A stretch of 64,000 nt of DNA from Roseibacillus sp. (GCA_051251855.1 JBPOGI010000002.1:1-64000), one strand, 5' to 3'. Shown: positions 17,839-28,322, counted from the stretch's first letter. Program-made: numbers and translations. Notes: generated by a model not told the origin, from the sequence alone.

Positions 17839-18144
17839 ATGAACCAGAAAATCCGCATCCGACTCCGGGCCTTCGACCATCGCGCGATCGATCGCTCGTC
17901 CGACGAAATCGTGGAAACTGCGAAGCGCACAGGCGCACGTATCGCAGGCCCGATTCCACTTCCAACCCGGATTGAGAAGTTCTCCGTGAACGCATCCGTA
18001 CACGTCAACAAGAAGGCCGCTGACCAGTTCGAGATTCGGACTCATCGCCGTCTCCTCGACATCGTGGACCCAACAGCTCGTACTGTTGATGAACTCAAGA
18101 AGTTGAATCTTCCCGCTGGTGTGGACATCACCATTCAAATCTGA
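17839..18144 (+). CDS. rpsJ: 30S ribosomal protein S10
   Basis: [12 protein letters not shown]...GPIPLPT...QFEIRTHRR. Confidence 0.99.
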   Translation: MNQKIRIRLRAFDHRAIDRSSDEIVETAKRTGARIAGPIPLPTRIEKFSVNASVHVNKKAADQFEIRTHRRLLDIVDPTARTVDELKKLNLPAGVDITIQI

Positions 18145-18157
18145 CCCACCTACGACA

Positions 18158-18796
18158 ATGGCTTTAGGACTTATTGGAAAAAAATTGGGCATGACCCGCG
18201 TCTTTGATAAAGAGGCAGGCTCCATGATCGCAGTCACCGTCGTCGACGTGACTGGTAATGAATTTGTGCAGACCCGCACCGTTGAGAAGGATGGCTACTC
18301 TGCTGTTCAGATTGGCTATGATGACCAGAAGGAGCACCGTCTCACTGGTGCTGAAAAAGGTCACCTCGACAAGGCAGGTGTTGCACCTAAGAAAAAGCTT
18401 GTTGAATTCCGCTTTGAAGACGGCGCTGAGCTTCCGAATACCGAAGAGGCTCACCCCGGTGCTGGTCTTTTCGAAGACGGAGCCTGGGTCGATATCATCG
18501 GCACAACTAAGGGTAAAGGTTTCCAGGGTGTTATGCGTCGCTATAATTTCCAAGGACAACCTATGGCCCACGGTCATATGATGCACCGCCGAACGGGTGC
18601 CATTGGTGCCGGTTCGACTCCCGGTCGTGTCTGGAAAGGACAGAAGATGCCCGGTCGCCACGGTAACTACCGTCGCACCACACAGAATTTGAAGGTGGTC
18701 CAGAGCCGCCCTGACGACAACGTCGTGCTGATTTCCGGAGCCGTTCCTGGTTCCAAGGGCAGCTACGTTGTCATTCGCCCCGCGCTTAAGAAGTAA
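18158..18796 (+). CDS. rplC: 50S ribosomal protein L3
   Basis: GLIGKKLGMT...KGKGFQGVMRR...PGRVWKGQKMPG. Confidence 0.99.
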   Translation: MALGLIGKKLGMTRVFDKEAGSMIAVTVVDVTGNEFVQTRTVEKDGYSAVQIGYDDQKEHRLTGAEKGHLDKAGVAPKKKLVEFRFEDGAELPNTEEAHPGAGLFEDGAWVDIIGTTKGKGFQGVMRRYNFQGQPMAHGHMMHRRTGAIGAGSTPGRVWKGQKMPGRHGNYRRTTQNLKVVQSRPDDNVVLISGAVPGSKGSYVVIRPALKK

Positions 18797-18829
18797 GCGC
18801 AAACCGTAAGAATTTAGAAAGGAACGAAG

Positions 18830-19435
18830 ATGGCAAAAACATTGAGTATTGATGAGGCGAAAGCCGCAAACCTCACCCTCGAAGAAGAGGGTCGTGGAAA
18901 CCAGGCAGTGCACGACCTCGTCGTCGCATATCAAGCCAACCGTCGCAGCGGCACCGCGTGTGCTAAGACTCGCGGTGAGGTCTCCGGTAACAACAAAAAG
19001 ATGTTCCGTCAGAAGGGAACTGGTAACGCTCGTCACGGCACCAACAAGGCCCCGATTTTCGTGGGTGGTGGTGTTGTCTTTGGACCTCGTCCACGCAGTT
19101 ACTCCAAGCATGTGCCACGTCAGGTGCGCAAATTGGCTCTCCGTCGCGTCTTGAACGATGCTATCGCTGATGGAAAAATCACTACTGTTTCAAGTTTCGC
19201 CATTGCCGATGGCAAGACCAAGAGCTTCCTCAAGACTGTTGCTGATACCGTTTCTGCTCCAACAGTTCTCGTCGTTGCCAAATCCTTCGACGACAAGACT
19301 TACCTCGCCGCTCGCAACATCAGCTGGGCTCTTCTTGAGACCGTTGATAGCGTCAACATCGAGCAAATCATGAAGTATCAGGCCGTTATCCTCGCGGAAG
19401 ACGCCTTCGAAACCCTCGCCGCTCGCACCGCTTAA
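18830..19435 (+). CDS. rplD: 50S ribosomal protein L4
   Basis: KTRGEVSG...RQKGTGNARHG...GGGVVFGPRPR. Confidence 0.99.
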   Translation: MAKTLSIDEAKAANLTLEEEGRGNQAVHDLVVAYQANRRSGTACAKTRGEVSGNNKKMFRQKGTGNARHGTNKAPIFVGGGVVFGPRPRSYSKHVPRQVRKLALRRVLNDAIADGKITTVSSFAIADGKTKSFLKTVADTVSAPTVLVVAKSFDDKTYLAARNISWALLETVDSVNIEQIMKYQAVILAEDAFETLAARTA

Positions 19436-19458
19436 CCCGCAGTAGAACCCCAAGGAAA

Positions 19459-19743
19459 ATGAAAGACATTTACCAAGTTATCGACACCATCCAGATGTCG
19501 GAAAAAGCCGCTCTCCTGCAGGAGACGAACAACGAATACGTTTTCAAGGTTCACCGCGCCTCTAACAAAATCGAGATCAAGAAAGCTGTTGAAAAGCTCT
19601 TCGCGGTCAAGGTTGAGGACGTTCGCACCTGCAACTACGCCGGCAAGCTCAAGCGCAAGCGTCGTTCCGACCAGGGACGCACCGCTCAGTGGAAAAAAGC
19701 ATACGTCCGTCTTAAAGAAGGGGACTCCCTTGACCTGGTGTAA
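19459..19743 (+). CDS. rplW: 50S ribosomal protein L23
   Basis: SEKA...NKIEIKKAVEKLF...WKKAYVRL. Confidence 0.98.
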   Translation: MKDIYQVIDTIQMSEKAALLQETNNEYVFKVHRASNKIEIKKAVEKLFAVKVEDVRTCNYAGKLKRKRRSDQGRTAQWKKAYVRLKEGDSLDLV

Positions 19744-19792
19744 GTCCATTACACCCGCCTAATTACCTAATAATTTCTAATCCCGTATCGAG

Positions 19793-20632
19793 ATGTCTCT
19801 GAAAACATTCAAGCCCATCACTCCGACCAACCGGTATAAGGAGCACCCTGATTTCGCAGAGGTGACCAAATCTACCCCGGAAAAAAGCCTCACTCGTCCT
19901 CTTAAGAGGTCTGGTGGACGCAACAACCAGGGTCGTATCACCTGCCGTCACATCGGTGGTGGTCACAAGCGTAAGTATCGCGTAATCGACTTTAAGCGTA
20001 ACAAGCGCGACGAAGAAGCAACTGTCATCGGTATCGAGTATGATCCCAACCGCACTTGCCGTATCGCGCTCTTGGAATATGCCGACGGCGAAAGAGCCTA
20101 TATCCTCGCTCCTGTTGGTTTGACCGACGGCGACAAGGTGATTTCTGGCGAAAACGCCGCTCCCAAAGCTGGTAACGCCATGCCTCTTGGCAAGGTTCCA
20201 CTTGGAACAGCGATCCACAACATCGAGCTTCAGCCTGGCGGTGGTGGCAAAGTGGCCCGCTCTGCTGGTCAACAAGCCGTTCTTGCTTCTCGCGAAGGTG
20301 ATAACATTTTTGTCCGCATGCCTTCTGGCGAAATGCGTCGCTTCAACGCGAATGCCTACTGCACCATCGGTCAGGTCGGCAACCGCGACCACATGAACGA
20401 GGTTTCAGGTAAGGCTGGCCGCTCACGTTGGCAGGGTGTTCGCCCAACCGTCCGCGGAATGTGTATGAACCCAGTCGATCACCCCAACGGTGGTGGTGAG
20501 GGTAAGTCCAAGTCCGGTGGTGGTCGTCAGCACTTGAAGTCCCCTTGGGGTCACGTCAAGGGTCAGAAGACTCGCAAGAAGAAGAAGCCTTCTAACACTT
20601 TCATCGTTGAGCGTCGTAAGAAGAAGCGCTAA
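19793..20632 (+). CDS. rplB: 50S ribosomal protein L2
   Basis: [17 protein letters not shown]...EYDPNR...[13 protein letters not shown]. Confidence 0.99.
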   Translation: MSLKTFKPITPTNRYKEHPDFAEVTKSTPEKSLTRPLKRSGGRNNQGRITCRHIGGGHKRKYRVIDFKRNKRDEEATVIGIEYDPNRTCRIALLEYADGERAYILAPVGLTDGDKVISGENAAPKAGNAMPLGKVPLGTAIHNIELQPGGGGKVARSAGQQAVLASREGDNIFVRMPSGEMRRFNANAYCTIGQVGNRDHMNEVSGKAGRSRWQGVRPTVRGMCMNPVDHPNGGGEGKSKSGGGRQHLKSPWGHVKGQKTRKKKKPSNTFIVERRKKKR

Positions 20633-20668
20633 TCCCCGAATTTAACAATTTAGAATCTCTATTTTACT

Positions 20669-20938
20669 ATGCCACGTTCACTGAAAAAAGGACCCTTCGT
20701 TGACCAAAAGTTGCTCGCGAAAATCGATGCTGCTGTTGAGAAAAAGGACAAGAAGCCTATCAAGACTTGGAGCCGTCGCTCCATGATTACTCCGGACTTC
20801 GTTGGTCTCACTTTCTCCGTTCACAACGGGAAAACATTCCTCCCTGTTCTCGTCACTGAGAACATGGTGGGACACAAATTGGGTGAATTCTCACCCTCGA
20901 AGACCTTCAAGGCTCACGGTGGTGTGGGTAAGAAGTAA
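20669..20938 (+). CDS. rpsS: 30S ribosomal protein S19
   Basis: [12 protein letters not shown]...TWSRRS...MVGHKLGEF. Confidence 0.99.
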   Translation: MPRSLKKGPFVDQKLLAKIDAAVEKKDKKPIKTWSRRSMITPDFVGLTFSVHNGKTFLPVLVTENMVGHKLGEFSPSKTFKAHGGVGKK

Positions 20939-20979
20939 GAACTGACTTTCAACTGAAATCTCTGCGTAAGAATCCAACC

Positions 20980-21684
20980 ATGACCTTCCGACTTTCCATG
21001 CCAAACATGCTTGCTGCCCTTCTGGGGATGGCGACGTTGGCGGGTGGTTTGCAGGCTCAGGATTTACGGGGAGAGCTCATCCGCCTTCGTCGCGAAAACA
21101 CCAACCTCAAAGAGAGTTTGGTCGCGGCACAGAAACGCGCTGATGAGAGTTCAGAGAAGCTCGCCGAAATTAACCTTCGCCTCGAAGCGATGGGCTCCGG
21201 TTTACTTGATGGGGGAGAAGACCGCCTCGTCAAAGCCGTCGCCGACCTCGAAGTGATGGCCCGCAAGCTGAAGGAAATCGAAGAGGCCGCCCTCGGACTT
21301 TCCTCCAGCACTCAAAATTACCTTTCAACCGCTATCGCAGCCGACCCCGAAGCCCGGGTGGACGTTGAGACCCGCATTCGCGAGCTCGACACCGTTATTG
21401 GACTGCGTGAAGCACCCCGCAAAGACCGTCAAATGGGCAACCTGCAGATGGCCGAAGTGATTAGTGTCGATTCCGAGTCTGGGATCGTGGTCGCTAATGT
21501 GGGAGATAAAGAATCCGCTGTTGTCGGCATGGCCTTCGAGGTCCGCCGTAATGACAGCAAAGTGGGTGATGCCCTCATCGCGCAAACGCGTGCTGATGTC
21601 AGTGCCCTGTTAGTAATCGATTTAGAAAACGACGAGAACCCCGTGCGCAAAGGCGACCGGATCTCATTTAAACGTAGCAATTAA
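20980..21684 (+). CDS. exported coiled-coil hypothetical protein inserted in the S10 operon
   Basis: Signal peptide-like N-terminus, long heptad region and beta-rich C-terminus; fills the rpsS-rplV gap. Confidence 0.8.
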   Translation: MTFRLSMPNMLAALLGMATLAGGLQAQDLRGELIRLRRENTNLKESLVAAQKRADESSEKLAEINLRLEAMGSGLLDGGEDRLVKAVADLEVMARKLKEIEEAALGLSSSTQNYLSTAIAADPEARVDVETRIRELDTVIGLREAPRKDRQMGNLQMAEVISVDSESGIVVANVGDKESAVVGMAFEVRRNDSKVGDALIAQTRADVSALLVIDLENDENPVRKGDRISFKRSN

Positions 21685-21696
21685 GGAAGAAGAATC

Positions 21697-22431
21697 ATGG
21701 AAGTCCGCGCGATACACAAATATGCGAAAATCTCGGCCAAGAAGGCACGGGATGTAGCTCGGGAAATTCAGGGCATGCCCGTTTCCGATGCCCTCGACAC
21801 TCTCACCTACACGCCCAAAAAGGCTGCTCTCCTCATCGGAAAGACCCTTAAGAGCGCTGTCGCCAATGCCGAAAACAACCACGAGATGGTTGCCGAGACA
21901 ATGGTGGTCAAGGAAGCTCACGTGACCGATGGTCCGACTTCCCGTCGCTTCAAGCCCCGTGCTCGTGGTTCTGCCGCTGCGATTCGCAAGCGTACCAGCC
22001 ACATCTACATCACTCTTGTGGAAGCTCCTGAAGAAGAGGAGAAGCCCAAAACAGCTAAGAAGGCAGCCAAAAAAGCGGCTCCTAAGAAAGCTGCGGCCAA
22101 GAAGGCTGAAGCTGCTCCTACTCCCGCACCGGTTGCTGAAGAAGCTCCTGCCGCCGAAGAAGCTGCTGCTCCTAGCTCTGACAACCGCGGATTCGTTTAC
22201 GACTCTGCTCCTGACAATGCGGACGACCTCAAGAAGATTTCTGGCGTCGGACCAGCCCTCGAAGAAAAACTTCACAGTTTCGGGGTTTACACTTTCAAGC
22301 AAATCGCCGATTGGACGCCTGAGAACATTGTGGCTTTCGATGACCTGCTTTCCTTTAAGGGACGCATCGAGCGCGACAACTGGCTCGACCAAGCCAAGAC
22401 ACTTCAATCTGAAAACGGAGGTGAGGCGTAG
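21697..22431 (+). CDS. rplV: 50S ribosomal protein L22 fused to a Lys/Ala linker and a C-terminal HhH-like domain
   Basis: ISAKKAR...LKSAVANAENN...RARGSA..IRKRTSHI, followed by DDLKKISGVGP...GRIERDNW. Confidence 0.97.
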   Translation: MEVRAIHKYAKISAKKARDVAREIQGMPVSDALDTLTYTPKKAALLIGKTLKSAVANAENNHEMVAETMVVKEAHVTDGPTSRRFKPRARGSAAAIRKRTSHIYITLVEAPEEEEKPKTAKKAAKKAAPKKAAAKKAEAAPTPAPVAEEAPAAEEAAAPSSDNRGFVYDSAPDNADDLKKISGVGPALEEKLHSFGVYTFKQIADWTPENIVAFDDLLSFKGRIERDNWLDQAKTLQSENGGEA

Positions 22432-22471
22432 AGCCTCTTTCTCAACACTAACTTTTATTTAACGAACGATT

Positions 22472-23269
22472 ATGGGACAGAAAGTCAATCCAGTGGGTTT
22501 CCGACTCGCATTCAACCGCGACTGGCGGTCGAAGTGGTATGCGCAAGGTGAAGATTACACAACTAAGCTTCACGAAGACCTCGCCGTACGCAAATACATC
22601 AAGGACCGCTTGCAGTTCGCTGCCATTTCCAAAGTCGTCATCGAGCGTGCTTGGAACAGTGTCCGAGTGACCATCCACACTTCCCGCCCCGGTTTGGTGA
22701 TTGGTAAGCGTGGTGCTGAAATCGAAACCATGACCAAGGACATCTCCAAGGTTTGCGGTGGTGCTCAGGTCAAAATTGACATTCTCGAAATCCGCCAGCC
22801 GGAACTCGATGCCCAGCTCGTTTGTGAAAACATCGCCGTTCAGCTTGAGCGTCGTATCAGTTTCCGTCGCGCCATGAAGCGTGCCGTTCAGACTGCCATG
22901 GACTTCGGTGCTGATGGCATCCGTGTCCGTTGCGGTGGACGTCTCGGTGGTGCGGACATCGCCCGTGCCGAGCAATATCGTCAGGGCAAAGTGCCCCTTC
23001 AAACCCTTCGTGTTCCTATCGACTATGGTTTCGCTGAGGCGAGCACCACATACGGTATCATCGGCATCAAATGCTGGTTGAACGTGAAAGAAGAGAAGCT
23101 TAAAGGCGGCCAAGGTGGCGGCCAGCGTCGTGGTGGCCCAGGTGGCGGACGTCGTGATAACCGCGGTGGCGGTGGCGGAGATCGTCGCGGAGGCGGAGGC
23201 CCTGGTGGTGACCGTCGTGGTGGTGGTGGAGACAACCGCGGTGGCGGTGGTGGACCCCCACGCAGCTAG
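22472..23269 (+). CDS. rpsC: 30S ribosomal protein S3 (Gly/Arg-rich tail)
   Basis: [12 protein letters not shown]...[10 protein letters not shown]...[10 protein letters not shown]. Confidence 0.99.
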   Translation: MGQKVNPVGFRLAFNRDWRSKWYAQGEDYTTKLHEDLAVRKYIKDRLQFAAISKVVIERAWNSVRVTIHTSRPGLVIGKRGAEIETMTKDISKVCGGAQVKIDILEIRQPELDAQLVCENIAVQLERRISFRRAMKRAVQTAMDFGADGIRVRCGGRLGGADIARAEQYRQGKVPLQTLRVPIDYGFAEASTTYGIIGIKCWLNVKEEKLKGGQGGGQRRGGPGGGRRDNRGGGGGDRRGGGGPGGDRRGGGGDNRGGGGGPPRS

Positions 23270-23333
23270 CGAGCCCCAAGACACAGACAATTTTTTTCGA
23301 ACGAACCAAACTTTACTAAGGAGGACCTAAGAT

Positions 23334-23753
23334 ATGCCACTCATGCCCAAGCGGACCAAGTTCCGCAAATCACATCGCGGAAGCCGCGCTGGTAACGCCC
23401 AGCGTGGAACAGACGTCAGCTTTGGAGACTTCGGTCTGCAAGCACTCGACCGTGGTTGGATGACCAACCGCCAAATCGAAGCCTGCCGTATTTCCATCAA
23501 CCGTTACCTTAAGCGTAAAGGAAAGGTTTGGATCCGAATCTTCCCTCACAAGTCCACTACTGCACGTCCCCCTGAAACACGGATGGGTAAAGGTAAAGGT
23601 CCAGTTGCAGCATGGGTCGCGGTTATCCGTCCTGGTGCAATGCTCTTTGAGATTGCGGGTGTGCCCGAGTCTCAGGCGAAAGAGGCCATGCGCCTCGCCT
23701 CCAACAAGCTCGGTATTCGTACCCGCTTCGTGGTTCGTGGAAACCACGGCTAA
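23334..23753 (+). CDS. rplP: 50S ribosomal protein L16
   Basis: PKRTKFRK...WIRIFP...RMGKGKG. Confidence 0.99.
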   Translation: MPLMPKRTKFRKSHRGSRAGNAQRGTDVSFGDFGLQALDRGWMTNRQIEACRISINRYLKRKGKVWIRIFPHKSTTARPPETRMGKGKGPVAAWVAVIRPGAMLFEIAGVPESQAKEAMRLASNKLGIRTRFVVRGNHG

Positions 23754-23785
23754 TCCCTTACAAATTTAGAAGAAAGACAGTTATT

Positions 23786-23989
23786 ATGGCAGCGATAAAA
23801 GCAAAAGACCTCCGCGAGAAGAGCAGTGAAGAGCTGATCAAGAGCTTGCAGGAACTCAAGGCGGAGGGTGTGACCCTTCGGATCCAAGCGGCCACCGGCC
23901 AATTGGAGAACACCGCCCGCATCCGCACGGTTCGCCGTGAGGTTGCCAAGACGATGACTATCCTGAGCGAGCGTCGTAACCAAGCCTAG
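23786..23989 (+). CDS. rpmC: 50S ribosomal protein L29
   Basis: LREKS.EEL...GQLENTARIRTVRREVAK; expected position in the operon. Confidence 0.97.
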   Translation: MAAIKAKDLREKSSEELIKSLQELKAEGVTLRIQAATGQLENTARIRTVRREVAKTMTILSERRNQA

Positions 23990-24020
23990 TTGACTGAGCA
24001 GAATTAGAATCAAGAACGAG

Positions 24021-24293
24021 ATGAGCGAAGAAACAAAAACAGAGTCAGGTCCCGGATTGCGCAAGCAGCGTGTCGGTATCGTGCGCTCCACGGGCATGGA
24101 TAAGACCATCGTGGTTGAGTACATCAACCGTGTCCCACACCCCCAATTTAAGAAAATCGTAAAGCGTTCGAAGAAGTTCTACGCTCACGACGAAAAAGAA
24201 GAAGCAGCCGTCGGTGACAAGGTGCGCATTGAAGAGTGCCGCCCTCTCTCCAAAAAGAAGTGCTGGAAGCTGGTGGATATTTTGACCCACTAA
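24021..24293 (+). CDS. rpsQ: 30S ribosomal protein S17
   Basis: MDKTIVV...KKFYAHDE...GDKVRIEECRPLSK. Confidence 0.99.
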   Translation: MSEETKTESGPGLRKQRVGIVRSTGMDKTIVVEYINRVPHPQFKKIVKRSKKFYAHDEKEEAAVGDKVRIEECRPLSKKKCWKLVDILTH

Positions 24294-24345
24294 TTTCCCA
24301 CCTCACCATTTCAAGTAACCAATTTAGACCAAAAGGAACGAAGCT

Positions 24346-24711
24346 ATGATTCAGATGGAATCCAAATTCGAGATTGCCGATAACACCGGTGCTCGTCAGG
24401 CAAAAATGATTGGAGTATTGGGCAAGCGCTCACGCTCCGCAGACGTGGGTGACATCATCACCGCACACATTCGGGAATCAATCCCAACAGCTTCTGTGAA
24501 GAAGGGGGCCGTGGTCCAGTGCGTGATTGTGCGCACCGCCGCACCTATCCGCCGTGCTGACGGTTCGATTCTCCGTTTTGACAGTAATGCCGGCGTTATC
24601 ATCGACAAAGATGGCAACCCCAAAGGCACCCGCATCTTCGGCCCCGTGGCTCGTGAGTTGCGCGAGAAGAACTTCATGAAGATTGTTTCCCTCGCTCCCG
24701 AGGTGCTCTAA
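24346..24711 (+). CDS. rplN: 50S ribosomal protein L14
   Basis: MIQ...ADNTGA...[13 protein letters not shown]...SLAPEVL. Confidence 0.99.
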   Translation: MIQMESKFEIADNTGARQAKMIGVLGKRSRSADVGDIITAHIRESIPTASVKKGAVVQCVIVRTAAPIRRADGSILRFDSNAGVIIDKDGNPKGTRIFGPVARELREKNFMKIVSLAPEVL

Positions 24712-24730
24712 CCCCAACGAAATTTACAAG

Positions 24731-24961
24731 ATGCGTACGAAAACACACGTCAAAGCAGGCGACCAAGTCACCGTCATTGCAGGCAACCACAAGGGTAAGT
24801 CTGGCAAGGTGATTTCCGTCAATGCTACCAAAGAGCAAGTGGTCGTCGAAGGCGTCCGCGTGATGAAAAAAGCGACCAAACGTTCCGAGGAAAACCCTGA
24901 AGGGGGAATTCTCGACAAAGATGGTCCGATTCATCTTTCCAATGTCAAGAAAGTGGGCTAA
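24731..24961 (+). CDS. rplX: 50S ribosomal protein L24 (short form)
   Basis: KOW motif [18 protein letters not shown]...PIHLSNV. Confidence 0.97.
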   Translation: MRTKTHVKAGDQVTVIAGNHKGKSGKVISVNATKEQVVVEGVRVMKKATKRSEENPEGGILDKDGPIHLSNVKKVG

Positions 24962-25024
24962 CCCCCGCTTCCCGCAGATAACCTCTGCATCCGAGCGCTT
25001 AAGCAAACGAGCTGACCCGCGATT

Positions 25025-25591
25025 ATGAAAAACGAAACTAAAGAGAAATACGTCAACCAGGCGGCTCCTGCATTGAAGGAGCAGTTTGGTCTTAAGAATC
25101 CCAATGAGGTTCCGACACTCGAGAAGATTGTCCTGAACACGCACATTGGTAAATATGTCAACGACCGTAAGGTGGCTGTTGAAGATGCTGTCGAAGATCT
25201 CGGCAAAATCACCGGACAGAAGCCTAGTGTTGTTTTCGCTCGCAAGAGTGTTGCAAACTTTAAAGTCCGCGAAGGTGAAGCCGTCGGAGCCCGTGTGACC
25301 CTTCGTGGTGACCGTATGTGGGAATTCCTCGACCGTTTTATCAACATCACCGCACCCAACGTGCGTGACTTCCGTGGTTTTCCGTTCAAGAGTTTTGACG
25401 GCCGTGGTAACTACGCCATGGGCATCAACGACCAATCCATTTTCCCAGAGATTGAACTCGACCAAGTCAAACGCCAGTTGGGCTTCGACCTCATCGTCGT
25501 GACCACAGGCAACTGTGACAAGCAAGCCAAGTTCTTGCTCGAGCAATTGAACTTCCCATTCCGCAAGCCCGCCGAGAAATCAGCAGCCTAA
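25025..25591 (+). CDS. rplE: 50S ribosomal protein L5
   Basis: ITGQKP...KSVANFKVREG..VGARVTLRG...FDGRGNY. Confidence 0.99.
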   Translation: MKNETKEKYVNQAAPALKEQFGLKNPNEVPTLEKIVLNTHIGKYVNDRKVAVEDAVEDLGKITGQKPSVVFARKSVANFKVREGEAVGARVTLRGDRMWEFLDRFINITAPNVRDFRGFPFKSFDGRGNYAMGINDQSIFPEIELDQVKRQLGFDLIVVTTGNCDKQAKFLLEQLNFPFRKPAEKSAA

Positions 25592-25619
25592 CCAATAACA
25601 ATTTAAACAGGAAAAAATT

Positions 25620-26018
25620 ATGGGAGTCATCAGTGATCCAATTTCAGATTTTTTGATTCGTCTCAAGAACGCGTCCCGCGCGAAGAACGACGAATTCACC
25701 GCCCCTTCTTCTAAGATGAAAGTCGAGCTCGCTCGCATTCTCAAGGAAGAGGGATACATCGTCGGCTATGAGGTAGATACTACTACCAAGTTCCCGACCA
25801 TCAAAGTGACCGCCAAGTATGTGGACGGCACTCCAGCTTTGACCGACCTCAAGCGTGTTTCACGCCCCGGTCGTCGTCACTATGTCGGTGCGGGCGAAGT
25901 GCCCCGCGTGTTGAACGGCCTCGGTATTTCCATCCTCTCGACTCCTCGCGGAATCATGACTGGAACGCAAGCCAAGCGTGAGAACGTTGGCGGCGAATTC
26001 TTGGCCAAGGTTTGGTAA
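25620..26018 (+). CDS. rpsH: 30S ribosomal protein S8
   Basis: DPISDFLIRLKNA...RVSRPGRR...GGEFLAKVW. Confidence 0.99.
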   Translation: MGVISDPISDFLIRLKNASRAKNDEFTAPSSKMKVELARILKEEGYIVGYEVDTTTKFPTIKVTAKYVDGTPALTDLKRVSRPGRRHYVGAGEVPRVLNGLGISILSTPRGIMTGTQAKRENVGGEFLAKVW

Positions 26019-26043
26019 CCCCTAGACAGAAAGAACGAATAAA

Positions 26044-26583
26044 ATGTCACGAGTAGGAAACAAACCAATCGCTCTTCCCGACAAGGTGAAGATTGCGAAC
26101 GACGGTCCCCACATCACTGTGGAAGGCCCCAAGGGTAAGCTTGAGTGGACCATGCCAGCCGGCATCGCGATGACTCAGGAAGACGGAAGTCTCACCGTTA
26201 CCCGCGAGAACGATAAGCGCGAGAAGCGTGCCCTCCACGGCACCTCCCGGAGCCTTGTTCAGAACATGATTGTCGGAGTCTCCGAAGGCTTCGTCAAAGA
26301 GCTTGAGATTCAAGGAGTCGGTCTTCGTGCCGCTCTCAAGGGCAAGGAACTCGACCTGAGCCTTGGAAAATCTCACCCGATTTTACATCCCATCCCAGAA
26401 GGTTTGACCGTCACTGTGACGGACAACACCAAGATCAAGGTTGAGGGTATCGATAAGCAGATGGTTGGACAGTTCGCCGCTGAAGTGCGTCGCTTCTATC
26501 CACCCGAGCCTTATAAAGGAAAAGGTGTCCGCTATGTGGGCGAATATGTGCGCCGTAAGGCCGGTAAGTCCGTGAGCAAGTAA
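26044..26583 (+). CDS. rplF: 50S ribosomal protein L6
   Basis: MSRVGNKPI...GPKG...PEPYKGKGVRY. Confidence 0.99.
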   Translation: MSRVGNKPIALPDKVKIANDGPHITVEGPKGKLEWTMPAGIAMTQEDGSLTVTRENDKREKRALHGTSRSLVQNMIVGVSEGFVKELEIQGVGLRAALKGKELDLSLGKSHPILHPIPEGLTVTVTDNTKIKVEGIDKQMVGQFAAEVRRFYPPEPYKGKGVRYVGEYVRRKAGKSVSK

Positions 26584-26595
26584 GGAACCAAGAAG

Positions 26596-26952
26596 ATGAG
26601 TATTTTAAATCGAAAAAGAACACGCCAGCGCGTCCATAAGCGGATTCGTAAAAAGGTGATTGGAACCTCTGCGCGTCCTCGTTTGGCCGTTCATTGCTCC
26701 AACAAAAACGTTTACGTGCAGTTGATTGACGACTCGGTGGGCAAGACTCTTTGCCAAGCCTCCACTCTTGATAAGGAAGTGGAAGCGAAGACCGCGAGCA
26801 AGGATGCTGCTGAGAAGGTCGGTAAGTTGATTGCCGAGCGCGCTCAAGCCGCTAATGTCTCCGCAGTGGTCTTTGACCGCGGTGGTCACTTGTTCCATGG
26901 CAAAATCAAGACTTTGGCCGACGCCGCCCGTGAAGGTGGATTGAAATTTTAA
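26596..26952 (+). CDS. rplR: 50S ribosomal protein L18
   Basis: RPRLAV...[25 protein letters not shown]. Confidence 0.99.
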   Translation: MSILNRKRTRQRVHKRIRKKVIGTSARPRLAVHCSNKNVYVQLIDDSVGKTLCQASTLDKEVEAKTASKDAAEKVGKLIAERAQAANVSAVVFDRGGHLFHGKIKTLADAAREGGLKF

Positions 26953-26962
26953 TTGAAGAACG

Positions 26963-27778
26963 ATGTCAGAAGATAACGACAAGAAGCCAGAAGAGGCCAA
27001 GACTCCCGCACCAGAAGCCAAGCCCGAGGCCGCACCTGCAGCGAAAGCTGAGGAAGCAGCCCCCGCAGCGAAAGCTGATGAGGCCGCACCTGCAGCAGCT
27101 GCCGGTGAAGAAAAGCCAGCCGCTAAGCGTGGAGACCTTCGCAAGCCAGCGAATCGTGACAACAACCGTGGCCCTGGTGGTCCCGGCGGAAATCGCGGTG
27201 GTGGTCCCGGAGGCCCTGGTGGCAATCGTGGTGGTTTTGGCGGTCGCCGTGATGGTGGTCGTGGACGCCACGAAGAGGAAGATGATGGCCTGACCGAGAA
27301 GGTCGTCTTCATCAACCGTTGTTCGAAGGTTGTGAAAGGTGGACGTCGCTTCAGCTTCTCTGCTCTCGTAGTTGCTGGTGATACTGCCGGCAAAGTGGGC
27401 TTCGGTTTCGGTAAAGCGAACGAAGTCGCCGAGTGCATCAAAAAGGCGAGCGGAATCGCCAAAGGCAATCTCGAGAAAATGAATCTTGATGGGGGAACCA
27501 TTCCCCACGAAGTGCAAGCTGCCTTCGGTGGTGGAATCGTTCTTCTCAAGCCAGCTTCTCCCGGAACCGGCGTTATTGCTGGTGGTGGAGTGCGCGCTGT
27601 CTGCGAGGCCGTTGGCATCAAAGACGTTCTCGGCAAGTCCCTCGGTTCAAACAATCACGCCAACGTGGTGAAAGCCACACTGAAGGCTCTTTCGGAACTT
27701 CGTAACCGCGACGAGATTTATGCTCTGCGTGGCAAGAAGACTAAGACCAAGGAGACCGCCAAGACCAAGGCCATTTAA
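26963..27778 (+). CDS. rpsE: 30S ribosomal protein S5 with long N-terminal low-complexity extension
   Basis: [19 protein letters not shown]...[12 protein letters not shown]. Confidence 0.99.
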   Translation: MSEDNDKKPEEAKTPAPEAKPEAAPAAKAEEAAPAAKADEAAPAAAAGEEKPAAKRGDLRKPANRDNNRGPGGPGGNRGGGPGGPGGNRGGFGGRRDGGRGRHEEEDDGLTEKVVFINRCSKVVKGGRRFSFSALVVAGDTAGKVGFGFGKANEVAECIKKASGIAKGNLEKMNLDGGTIPHEVQAAFGGGIVLLKPASPGTGVIAGGGVRAVCEAVGIKDVLGKSLGSNNHANVVKATLKALSELRNRDEIYALRGKKTKTKETAKTKAI

Positions 27779-27801
27779 TCCCAATTTAGAAAGCTATTAG
27801 C

Positions 27802-28299
27802 ATGAACTTGCACGATTTATCACCAAACCCCGGCTCCAAGCATAAGACTAAGCGTCTTGGTAAGGGCGAAAGCTCCGGTCAGGGAAAAACGTCCGGTAAA
27901 GGACACAAGGGACAGAAGTCTCGCTCTGGAGGAGGCGTTCGCGTCGGCTTTGAGGGTGGTCAGATGCCTCTGAACCGTCGTTTGCCTAAGCGTGGTTTTA
28001 ACAACTACACTTTTGCCGACAAAATCGCACCTGTGAACTTGGCGCGTATCGAGGAAAAATTCGAAGCGGGTGAAACCGTCAACGAAGAGTCACTTCGCGA
28101 GCGTCGTCTCATGAAGGGTGTCTACGACGCCATCAAGGTTCTTGGTCAAGGCGACTTGAGCAAGGCTCTGACCTTCGAGGTTCAGTTCGTCAGCGAGGCC
28201 GCTAAAGAGAAGATCGAGAAGGCTGGGGGAACCGTTAATTTGATTCCCAAGCCTAAGAAGAATCTCCCAGGGTCCTCAAAAACGGCTGCAGCTGAGTAG
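27802..28299 (+). CDS. rplO: 50S ribosomal protein L15
   Basis: GKTSGKGHKGQKSRSG...GFEGGQMPL.RRLPKRGF. Confidence 0.99.
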   Translation: MNLHDLSPNPGSKHKTKRLGKGESSGQGKTSGKGHKGQKSRSGGGVRVGFEGGQMPLNRRLPKRGFNNYTFADKIAPVNLARIEEKFEAGETVNEESLRERRLMKGVYDAIKVLGQGDLSKALTFEVQFVSEAAKEKIEKAGGTVNLIPKPKKNLPGSSKTAAAE

Positions 28300-28322
28300 A
28301 TTTTACTTTTTTTATATTTCAC

